Source of the DNA: Candidatus Peregrinibacteria bacterium
GTDB taxonomy: Bacteria; Patescibacteriota; Gracilibacteria; UBA1369; 2-02-FULL-48-14
Length of the DNA: 64,000 nucleotides
Reading direction: 5' to 3'
Assembly (NCBI GenBank): GCA_018658105.1
Contig: JABHVW010000012.1
Coordinates: forward strand, 9,604-73,603
Positions 17,540 to 25,609 of this stretch are shown here, piece after piece. The position numbers and the translations under genes are program-made. Each line of letters begins with the position of its first letter. Positions within the stretch are counted from its first letter, which is position 1. The notes under the pieces are model-generated. The model did no database searches and had not been told where the DNA came from. It was given only the letters and a program-made list of their open reading frames with translations.

Positions 17540-19720
17540 ATGAAACTACGTCTATTCATTTTTGCATCCCTGTTTAATGTTCTAATTGCTGTTCCAGCAA
17601 TGGCGGTTTCTTTTGATGAAGGTATTTTTAAAAAAAATGCATATTTAACTAATCATTTTCAAATTGAATTTTCAGACCTTATTAAAGATCAGCCTGATGA
17701 AGATGGCGATGGTTACTCAGATATAATAGAGATTGTTTCAGAGGCAGCTGAAGATAGCTGGGATCACATTTTTGGTGAGCTGAACTATCCTGAGCCTGAA
17801 TTAACTTTGTCTCATTTAATATTGGTATTAGATGATAATCAGTTTTTGCTAGAACATGGGGCAATTGGAGTGACTACATATTTAAGTAATGGTGACCCTG
17901 TAATCGGGGTTGATGCGTGGCTTTCTGAGGATTATTTGCAGATTACAACTGCACATGAGCTTTATCATGCGATGCAATTTACTATTGGTGATTTGTATCC
18001 AACAACTGCACAAGAGGTTAATTGGGGCGAAGCAACTGCAGATTGGGTGACCGAAGAAATTTATGACTCTATAGATGATTACCTTTTGACCATGCCTGAT
18101 TTTTTGGACAATGTAGATTATTCAGTATTTGCATCAATAATTCCTACTGATTCTTATTTCCCATATGGTTTGAATATTTGGCCAAGGTTTTTGTCTGAGT
18201 ATTATAATGACAATTTTATTAAAGATATTTGGGAAGAATACCTGGATTCATCTAGGCTCTCTTTGAACCATATTAAATTTTATGAATCATTTGATGCTGC
18301 GGTTGCAGGTAAGGGTGATGATTTAGGTGAGGTTTTTCAAGACTTTACTCTTTGGAATTTAGATTCTGAGCAATATGAAGAGGGGCATAAATATCCTGAG
18401 CCGACTTATTTAATGGGTGGTTCGACTGGTGAATATTTTGTTGTTGAAGATAAATATGCACCGGCTTTATTTGGTACTAATTATGTTTATTTTGAAAATT
18501 CTTCATCTGAAAGCGAATTTTACTTTCATGTTGTAAAGCCTGAAGGTCTTAGGTTTGCGATTTCTTTGGTGCCGATTGTAGATGATAATCCGGATTTGGA
18601 TTCTACAGTATCCTTAATTTTAGATAAGGATGAGTTTATGGAGACTGAGATGGTTTTAGGTGGGATTACTTCTTATGACTCGGTGATGGCGGTTTTGTCC
18701 CCACTGGATAAGGATTTTGAAGATGGCTTAAACTTAAATGCTTTTGATGTTGGATATCGTTATTTTTATGCTGCGGAATTTGGATCTCCAATCGATTCGC
18801 TGCTTGCAGAAGGTGACGAAGAAATTGAAGGGCCTGCAGATGACAAGGAGGGTGAAGAAGCGACACAGGATTCTGGCGGTCGTGAGCTAGATGGTTTGAG
18901 TTTACAGATTTTGGATTATGACGAAGACTCTGTGACTTTCTCTTGGAATAGACCTTCAGATAGTGATGTAGATGGTTATGAGATTAATTTCGGTAAAGAT
19001 TCAGGTGATTATGATCATCTTTATGATGTAGATAAGGCTTATACGACTTTTGCAACAATCAACGATTTAGATGAGGGTGATACTTACTATTTTGAGTTGA
19101 TTGCTGTTGACGATGGAGGGCGACAAGAAGGTGATGAAAGTTCAGAGGTTTCTGTAACGCCGAAAGAGTGGTTGTTTGAAGATATTTCTTACCTAGATAA
19201 GCACTATGATGCTATCTCAACTTTAGTTGATATTGGAGTTTTAGAAGGTTACCCAGATAATACATTTAGATCTGATTTAGATATAAATCGTGCGGAGCTT
19301 TTGAAAATCTTGCTTGAAGCTCAAGGAATTAGCCCAAGTGTAGATGAGTATAGTAATTGTTTTTCAGATGTAGGAGCTGAATGGTTTGCGCCTTATGTTT
19401 GTTATGCAGAGGAGCATGACTGGGTAGATGGTTATCCTGGTGGCTTCTTTGATCCAGGTCGAACTGTGAACAAAGCTGAGGCTTTGAAAATCCTATTCAA
19501 CTCATATGAAGAAGGTTTAATCGAGGGTTCTAGTGTTGATTCACTACCTTATCCAGATGCTCCAACGGATGCATGGTACTCAATTTACATCTTTCAGGCT
19601 TCTGAGCTTGGAATATTAGAAGAAACACCTGGTGAAGACTTTAATGCTGACTCTGGCCGAGATCGTGGTGATATGTCAGAAGAGCTCTATCGTTATTTGA
19701 TAGTGAAGGATTTGTTGTAG
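17540..19720 (+). CDS. Secreted HExxH metalloprotease-like protein with a fibronectin type III domain and C-terminal SLH domains
   Basis: Signal peptide MKLRLFIFASLFNVLIAVPAMA, zinc motif TTAHELYHAMQF, FN3-like LQILDYDEDSVTFSWNRP...YYFELIAVD, and SLH-like units (YPDNTFRSDLDINRAELLKILL; WFAPYVCYAEEHDWVDGY). The track start at 17537 is TTG and the ATG is at 17540. Confidence 0.8.
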   Translation: MKLRLFIFASLFNVLIAVPAMAVSFDEGIFKKNAYLTNHFQIEFSDLIKDQPDEDGDGYSDIIEIVSEAAEDSWDHIFGELNYPEPELTLSHLILVLDDNQFLLEHGAIGVTTYLSNGDPVIGVDAWLSEDYLQITTAHELYHAMQFTIGDLYPTTAQEVNWGEATADWVTEEIYDSIDDYLLTMPDFLDNVDYSVFASIIPTDSYFPYGLNIWPRFLSEYYNDNFIKDIWEEYLDSSRLSLNHIKFYESFDAAVAGKGDDLGEVFQDFTLWNLDSEQYEEGHKYPEPTYLMGGSTGEYFVVEDKYAPALFGTNYVYFENSSSESEFYFHVVKPEGLRFAISLVPIVDDNPDLDSTVSLILDKDEFMETEMVLGGITSYDSVMAVLSPLDKDFEDGLNLNAFDVGYRYFYAAEFGSPIDSLLAEGDEEIEGPADDKEGEEATQDSGGRELDGLSLQILDYDEDSVTFSWNRPSDSDVDGYEINFGKDSGDYDHLYDVDKAYTTFATINDLDEGDTYYFELIAVDDGGRQEGDESSEVSVTPKEWLFEDISYLDKHYDAISTLVDIGVLEGYPDNTFRSDLDINRAELLKILLEAQGISPSVDEYSNCFSDVGAEWFAPYVCYAEEHDWVDGYPGGFFDPGRTVNKAEALKILFNSYEEGLIEGSSVDSLPYPDAPTDAWYSIYIFQASELGILEETPGEDFNADSGRDRGDMSEELYRYLIVKDLL

Positions 19721-19721
19721 A

Positions 19722-19798
19722 TGGTACACCCGGAAAGATTTGAACTTTCAGCCTCTGGTTCCGAAGACCAGCGCTCTATCCAGTTGAGCTACGGGTGC
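19722..19798 (-). tRNA. tRNA-Arg (anticodon TCG), CCA encoded
   Basis: Hand-folded cloverleaf: acceptor GCACCCG/CGGGTGT, D arm GCTC-AACTGGATA-GAGC, anticodon arm CTGGT-CTTCGGA-ACCAG, T arm GAAAG-TTCAAAT-CTTTC, then ACCA. Length 77 nt. Confidence 0.9.
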
Positions 19799-20232
19799 AT
19801 ATTGTCAGTTAATTTATACCAATTGAAGTCTTTTGCAGTTTTTCTTCTATGGCAGTTGGCACATCTTACCACACATTTTGTAATTTCTCTTTTTATAGTA
19901 TTTAAGGGAAAGCCACCACTTAATAAATATCCAATTTCTTTCTTTTTGTCTTCAATGTGGTCGAATTCTAGCACTACTGGATCAGTTTCGCTACAGTCAA
20001 TGCATGGATGGGATTTTAAGTAATCGAGTATGTATTCTTGAATTACTATTCGATTCTTCTTATTTCTTATTTTGGCTTTAGTGAGGTAATAATCTTGGTT
20101 TCTATGGTAATGACCCCTAATCGCTTTTCTTGTGCATATCTTGCAGGTATTTTGCCTTATACCTTTGTTTTTATTGCGAAAACAGAAGTCATCTTCTTTT
20201 CTTTTTTCTTTGCATTTAATGCATATTTTCAT
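19789..20232 (-). CDS. Free-standing HNH endonuclease (phage/homing-type)
   Basis: CxxC zinc knuckles (CIKCKE, CKICT, CIDCS) and the HNH core LEFDHIEDKKK...CANCHRRKT. The last 10 nt overlap the 5' end of tRNA-Arg. Confidence 0.8.
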   Translation of the reverse strand: MKICIKCKEKRKEDDFCFRNKNKGIRQNTCKICTRKAIRGHYHRNQDYYLTKAKIRNKKNRIVIQEYILDYLKSHPCIDCSETDPVVLEFDHIEDKKKEIGYLLSGGFPLNTIKREITKCVVRCANCHRRKTAKDFNWYKLTDNMHP

Positions 20233-20287
20233 GTGAATACTATATCATTTTGGTTTCGAAAATAATATTCAAGCCGAATACTGTATT

Positions 20288-20319
20288 CTTAAAGACCCAC
20301 CATTTGGTGGGTCTTTAAG
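20288..20319. terminator. 14-bp perfect hairpin (CTTAAAGACCCACC-ATTT-GGTGGGTCTTTAAG) between the secDF stop and the HNH start
   Basis: The inverted repeat was read directly. The T-rich tract is on the plus-strand side only, so the direction is ambiguous. It lies 17 nt below the secDF stop. Confidence 0.5.
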
Positions 20320-20335
20320 TTTTGTTCATTTTTAC

Positions 20336-23300
20336 TTAGGCTTCTTTGTTTGCTCTGTCATTCCACCAAACTAGTAGTGGGCTTGCCACGAAGATTGATG
20401 AGTATGTTCCTGCAACGATACCAACCGCTAGTGCGAGGACGAACATTCGTATGCTTTCTGCACCGAAGATTAGTAATGCGAGGATTGTTATCAGGGTTGA
20501 TATAGAAGTGTTGATAGATCGAGCCATAGTTTGGTTTAGAGCGTCGTTTGCGTTCTTAGCTAGGCTGTCTTCGGATTTTCTGTAACGAAGGTTTTCTCGT
20601 ACACGGTCGAACACTACGATAGTGTCGTGAACAGAGAATCCCATGATAGTTAGAAGTGCTGTTACGAAGAGGGCATCGATTTCTACACCGGCGAATTGGC
20701 CGAGAAGAACGAATACACCTGTTACGATTAGGATATCGTGAACTAGTGCAGCGATTGCCGCCATTCCAAAGCGCCATTTACTTACTTCTTTAGGAATCTT
20801 TCTAAAGGCGAAAGCGATGTATAGAACTATCATGAACAGAGTTATGACAAGAGCTGTGAAGGCTTTCTTTTTAAGAGTTGAGCCTAGAGTTGGACCGACA
20901 GTGCTGAAACGAACTTCTTCGAAGCTAGTTGTGTTTTCGCTGAATTTTGCAATGAGTGAGTCATGTTCTGATTCAGATACATGTTTTAGTCTGATGATGA
21001 ATGTTCCTTGATCGGTTGAGACGATTTGTGGAATTCCAAATTCAGATTGCATTTCTTCTTCAATTTCAAGGACTTTGTTTGCAAGAGTTTCGCTTGTAAC
21101 TTCTTCTTCAGTTTCAAACTGAATTTCCATTAGAGTTCCACCTGTAAAGTCGATTCCGAAATTTAGTCCAAAGATTGCAATACTTAAGATTGAAATTGAA
21201 ACTAATACTCCTGAAATTGTTGCCCAGATTTTACTATTTTTAATGATAGGTAGTTTCTTTGTGTGTTTTCTAGGTTTACCATATAGAGCAAGTTTTTCAC
21301 CTAGTTTTGTTTCTGCTGAAAGTTGTAAGAAAGTGTAAGTAAGTGTGATTGCACTGAACATTGAAACAAGAATACCGAGTGCGAGATTAAGCGCGAAACC
21401 ACGGATGATTGATGTTCCAAAGTAGAATAGAATCGCACAAGTGATTAATGATGAGAAATTTGAATCACGAATTGAATCCCATGCGCGTTCAAATCCATCA
21501 TGAATTGATGTTTTAAGATCTTTTCCATCTGCAAGTTCTTCTTTCATGCGTTCGAAAATCAGTACATTTGCATCAACGGCCATACCAATAGATAGAATTA
21601 CACCGGCGATACCTGCCAAAGTCATTGTGATTTGGCTTGAGAGTACGAATGTTGCGAAGAATAGAACCACACAGGCAAGAATGAAAGACACAATTTTTTC
21701 CCCTCCGGAATCCTTATTTTTGAGAATTATATGGACTAAGTAAACGAAGAGAGCCAAACCTGCTAGAAGAGCCAGGGATGTGCCAACACTTGCTTTGATG
21801 AAGAATAATAAGATTACTGCGTAAATTGTAAGTGCGAGGTCTGCAAATAGACCAGGTAATCGGTAGAACACCGCCATGTAAATGGCTAGGATGATAAGCC
21901 CGATAATTCCGGCTTTTGTACTTAGTTCAAGTGCTTCTGCACCTAGCGTTGCACTGATTGTATATTGTCCAGCGAGTTCAATTGGGGCTGGAATTGCACC
22001 TGTATTAAGATCACGAGCTAATTCTTGTGCTTCTTCAAGGCTGAAGCTACCTGTAATTTGTGCTTCACCACCTGCAATTGCAGTGTTAACTGTTGGTGCA
22101 GAAATTACATCTCCACCTACGAAAATTGCGATTCGTTTACCAATATTTCTTCCTGTTAATTCTTCGAATAATGTAGCGCCTTCTTTAGTGAAGCTGATTG
22201 CTACGTAAGGTTCGAATCCACTTTGGCTGTATGCAACGTCTGCATGTTTGAAGTGTTCACCTGTTAGGAATGAGTCTTCTGCCCAAGTATCTGGAGTTGT
22301 GTCGAAGATTACTCTGTTAACTGCATAGCTTTCAACGGTTTCACTTGATGAGCTAGCTTCAGTTTTTGTGTAATTTTTGATGATGTGAAATCCAAATTCT
22401 GTTTCAACTAGATCAGAATAGACTCCTAATTCTAGGTTAAATGCTACATCTTCAAATGCTTGAGTCATTACTCCGCGTTTGAAAAGCCCAAGGTCTCCGC
22501 CTTTAGATGCGCTACCTGCGTCGTCTGAATATTCACTAACTAATTCGTCCATTGCTGCGCCATCAACTAATCTGTCGCGAAGTTCTTGTGCTAGTGTTTC
22601 AGCTTCTTCTTTTGTTCTTGTTGCCTCACTTCTTTCTGCACCTTCATATGCAATTAAAATGTGATTAGCGCCTACTTCTTCCTCTACAACTGTTTCTACC
22701 ACTTCACTTGATTTATCTACAATTTGAAAAACACCCATTCCACGTGATGCAGTTATGTTTCCTTCTCCAGTCACAGTATAGCCAGCATCTACTTCAGCTG
22801 GATTTGTGATTGCGCCGATTGCTTTACCTTTAATTGCTGCTTGAATATCTTCTGAGTAACTACTTATGCTCATTAGTTCAGCTTCGTAACTGCTGCTGAT
22901 TTTAGATTCATACTTTTCTTCAGCTGCATCTGCTAGTTCAATGAAATCACCACCAGCAATAAGGTCGATGTAAAAACTTTGTGATTCAGTTTGAGCGACT
23001 TCAAGGGCTTCAAGGTCATTTGGATTTGGATTTTCTTCTCTAAATTCAAGCTGAATTGTTTTACCAACAGTATTTTTGGCTTCGTCAATGTCAGATATTC
23101 CAGCTAGCTCCACAATAATGTGATGCTCGTCTGCAATGCTAGAGCTGTAAATGCTTGGTTCTGAAACACCTAAACTATCTACACGACGGCGAATAACCTC
23201 TTGAACACCTTCAACGATTTGAAGCTGATCAATTTCTGGTACATCACTTAGATCGATCTTGTAATCGAGCTGAGTTCCTCCACTAAGGTCTAGACCTAAT

Positions 23301-23395
23301 TTTAGGTCAGTAGCGGTGTCTATATAAGCTAAACCGCCGGCTGCAAGTAAAATAAATAATACTTTTGCAGTTAAGAATTTCTGAAATCTTTTCAT
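20336..23395 (-). CDS. secDF: Fused protein-export membrane protein SecDF with a parvulin-type PPIase insertion in the SecD periplasmic head
   Basis: SecD start LKLGLDLSGGTQL, SecD base IAIFVGGDVISAPTVNTAIAGGEAQITGSFSLEEAQELA, SecF start GIDFTGGTLMEIQF, and 12 TM-like segments. Residues about 241-342 match PrsA/PpiC (NHILI...EYSDDAGSASKGGDLGLF...FGFHIIK). Confidence 0.9.
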   Translation of the reverse strand: MKRFQKFLTAKVLFILLAAGGLAYIDTATDLKLGLDLSGGTQLDYKIDLSDVPEIDQLQIVEGVQEVIRRRVDSLGVSEPSIYSSSIADEHHIIVELAGISDIDEAKNTVGKTIQLEFREENPNPNDLEALEVAQTESQSFYIDLIAGGDFIELADAAEEKYESKISSSYEAELMSISSYSEDIQAAIKGKAIGAITNPAEVDAGYTVTGEGNITASRGMGVFQIVDKSSEVVETVVEEEVGANHILIAYEGAERSEATRTKEEAETLAQELRDRLVDGAAMDELVSEYSDDAGSASKGGDLGLFKRGVMTQAFEDVAFNLELGVYSDLVETEFGFHIIKNYTKTEASSSSETVESYAVNRVIFDTTPDTWAEDSFLTGEHFKHADVAYSQSGFEPYVAISFTKEGATLFEELTGRNIGKRIAIFVGGDVISAPTVNTAIAGGEAQITGSFSLEEAQELARDLNTGAIPAPIELAGQYTISATLGAEALELSTKAGIIGLIILAIYMAVFYRLPGLFADLALTIYAVILLFFIKASVGTSLALLAGLALFVYLVHIILKNKDSGGEKIVSFILACVVLFFATFVLSSQITMTLAGIAGVILSIGMAVDANVLIFERMKEELADGKDLKTSIHDGFERAWDSIRDSNFSSLITCAILFYFGTSIIRGFALNLALGILVSMFSAITLTYTFLQLSAETKLGEKLALYGKPRKHTKKLPIIKNSKIWATISGVLVSISILSIAIFGLNFGIDFTGGTLMEIQFETEEEVTSETLANKVLEIEEEMQSEFGIPQIVSTDQGTFIIRLKHVSESEHDSLIAKFSENTTSFEEVRFSTVGPTLGSTLKKKAFTALVITLFMIVLYIAFAFRKIPKEVSKWRFGMAAIAALVHDILIVTGVFVLLGQFAGVEIDALFVTALLTIMGFSVHDTIVVFDRVRENLRYRKSEDSLAKNANDALNQTMARSINTSISTLITILALLIFGAESIRMFVLALAVGIVAGTYSSIFVASPLLVWWNDRANKEA

Positions 23396-23458
23396 AATTG
23401 TTTGTTAAAAAGCGCGCTGCCATTATACGGCGAAAGGCTGCGAAAACAAGCCAATTAC

Positions 23459-23860
23459 TTATGTATTTGATGAAAGTTTGTTGTCTAACTCAAAATTATT
23501 GCCTTTTCCGCTACGGCCGTAGTCGTCTGAGAGCTTTACTACGTCGTCTAGGTCGCTGGTTGAAACTTCAACAAGTTCGCTGTCTTCTAGGGCTTCGGCA
23601 CGGTGAACCATTCCGGGTAAGACTGTGAGTTTTTCGCCGGGTTCTAAAATATGTTCTTCTAGTTCGTTTTCGTTTGGTCCAAGGGAGAATTTCACTTTTC
23701 CTTTTAGCAAATATTGAGTCTCTTTCTTTTTTTCGTGATATTGAAGTGAATAGCGGTGTCCTTTGTTTAAGCAAAGGATTTTACCGGCAAATTCAGGTTC
23801 ATCGGCGAACCAGATTTCTTGGCCCCAAGGTTTTGGAATGATTTGTGGTTTTTTATCCAT
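23459..23860 (-). CDS. Cupin-type mannose-6-phosphate isomerase-like protein (type II PMI C-terminal domain as a stand-alone protein)
   Basis: PWGQEIWF...GHRYSLQYHEKKKETQYLLKG...VHRAEA is the cupin pattern seen at the C-terminus of bifunctional ManC/CpsB. Confidence 0.7.
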   Translation of the reverse strand: MDKKPQIIPKPWGQEIWFADEPEFAGKILCLNKGHRYSLQYHEKKKETQYLLKGKVKFSLGPNENELEEHILEPGEKLTVLPGMVHRAEALEDSELVEVSTSDLDDVVKLSDDYGRSGKGNNFELDNKLSSNT

Positions 23861-24869
23861 TTAGTTTTTCGAGTAATTTTTTAAGATCTGCTGCACGGCT
23901 TTTGTGGCAGACAAGTGTGTGGCCATTTGCGTTTACAATTACAATATCTTTTAGGCCTAGCGTTGATATTTTGTCTTGGCCTTGATTGTAAATGAGGCAG
24001 CCTTCGGAGTCTACGCTGAGTACGTCGCCCTTCTCTACATTATTGTTGTCTTCTGATAATTCATCGTGCAGAGCTGCCCAAGTGCCAAGATCGCTCCAGG
24101 CAAAGTCTGCAGATATAATGCGAACCTGAGATGGATTAACTTGCTCCATTATTCCGTAATCAATAGAGATTTTTGTGCATTTTGGGTAATGCTCTTCAAT
24201 TGGTTCCCCAGATTGAATCGCCATTAAATGTTCGTAAGTTTCGGCTTGGTGTTCTTTAAACGCTTCGAGTAGAGTGCTTACTTTCCAAACATAAAAGCCA
24301 GTGTTCCAAAGGTGTTTGCCACCTGCAATATAAGCTTTTGCGGTTTCTAAATCGGGCTTTTCGGTGAACTTTACTAATGAATAAACTCCACTTTCTAGTT
24401 CTTCGCCGATTTCTACATAACCAAGGCTAGTATCGGGGGATTTAGCTTCGACTTCTACAATGTTTAGAGTGTTGTCGCGTTTTGCAATTTCTGCTGCAAG
24501 CTTTAGTTTTTCTGCGAGCTTTTCTGGTTCTCTTAATAGGTGATCTGCTGAAATAGTTGCCATAACAGCATCTGGATTTTCTTTCGCAATGATTGCAGCG
24601 GCAAGGCCCATTGATGGTGCAGTGTCTTGAGTGCTTGGCTCCGTAATTATGTGGCTTTCAGCTAAATCGGGCAATTGCTCTTTTACTAAATGTGCATGTG
24701 TAGCGCTTGTGCTGACATAAATGTTATCTGCAAAATCTTTAACACGATCGTAAGTGTCTTGAAGCATGCTTTTGTTCGAAACAAGTGCCAGAAACTGTTT
24801 TGGGGTTTCTTGATTGCTCATTGGCCAGAGCCTTTTTCCTACTCCGCCGGCTAGTATAACAATGTCCAT
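23853..24869 (-). CDS. Mannose-1-phosphate guanylyltransferase-like sugar nucleotidyltransferase
   Basis: N-terminal ILAGGVGKRLWPMS nucleotidyltransferase signature. The length and layout match the ManC N-terminal module. It overlaps the downstream cupin gene by 8 nt. Confidence 0.82.
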   Translation of the reverse strand: MDIVILAGGVGKRLWPMSNQETPKQFLALVSNKSMLQDTYDRVKDFADNIYVSTSATHAHLVKEQLPDLAESHIITEPSTQDTAPSMGLAAAIIAKENPDAVMATISADHLLREPEKLAEKLKLAAEIAKRDNTLNIVEVEAKSPDTSLGYVEIGEELESGVYSLVKFTEKPDLETAKAYIAGGKHLWNTGFYVWKVSTLLEAFKEHQAETYEHLMAIQSGEPIEEHYPKCTKISIDYGIMEQVNPSQVRIISADFAWSDLGTWAALHDELSEDNNNVEKGDVLSVDSEGCLIYNQGQDKISTLGLKDIVIVNANGHTLVCHKSRAADLKKLLEKLNG

Positions 24870-25609
24870 AGGTACCAGTTAATTATGGTTTCTCCGAAAA
24901 AGAAAGCTATCATAGATCCAAGCACTAGAAAAGGGCCTAGAGGTAATGCTGTGCCGGCTTTTGCTCTTTTGGTGACAAGTAGAAATATGCCGAGAACACT
25001 GCCTATAATGTAGCTAATGAAAAGGGCTACTGCCATATTTTGCCAGCCGAGTGCTAATCCCATAAAGATTCCTATGCGAATATCGCCTGAGCCAAGCCAT
25101 TTGCCTTTTGAAACTAGGTATTGGAGGCCGAAAAATACAAAGCCGATAATTGCTCCGATAAAGCTGCTTAGGGGGTCGCCAATTAAAAAGCTTGCGACTA
25201 TTGCGAAAAGAATTCCTGGAAGCATGATTGCGTCATGAATTTCTTTGTAGCGGAGGTCGTAGAAGTAGATAAATAAAAATACGAAAAATAGTGCTGCTAA
25301 AATGAGCCATTCCATAATTGAAGCTGAATATAAGGTTAGCGCACCAAATGTTAGAGCAGTTACAAATTCGGTTGTTGGGTACCAGTGTGATAATTTCGTT
25401 TTGCATTTTTTGCATTTTCCTCTTTGAACTAAAAAGCTAAACAAAGGTATTAACTCGAAGGGGCCCAATTGTTTTTTGCATTTTCTGCAATGTGAACGGC
25501 CCATGATTATGCCTTTCTCTTCAAAGTGTAGCCGTGGAATGATTACGCTTAAGAAGCTGCCCATGAAGAGTCCTAGTGTGAATGCAGCTAAAAAGAAGTA
25601 TAGGGTCAT
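24851..25609 (-). CDS. Prepilin peptidase (A24 family, PilD/ComC-like)
   Basis: Polytopic membrane protein with an N-terminal CRKCKKQL...CKKCKTKL zinc-ribbon segment followed by an A24-like TM core (GSGDIRIG). Confidence 0.82.
   Translation of the reverse strand: MTLYFFLAAFTLGLFMGSFLSVIIPRLHFEEKGIIMGRSHCRKCKKQLGPFELIPLFSFLVQRGKCKKCKTKLSHWYPTTEFVTALTFGALTLYSASIMEWLILAALFFVFLFIYFYDLRYKEIHDAIMLPGILFAIVASFLIGDPLSSFIGAIIGFVFFGLQYLVSKGKWLGSGDIRIGIFMGLALGWQNMAVALFISYIIGSVLGIFLLVTKRAKAGTALPLGPFLVLGSMIAFFFGETIINWYLWTLLY

Noticed and set aside
19721-20023. 100-aa plus-strand ORF starting right after the protease stop
   Set aside because: Its first 26 codons are the antisense of tRNA-Arg and the rest is antisense to the HNH gene. 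The tRNA fold and the HNH motifs explain the region better.
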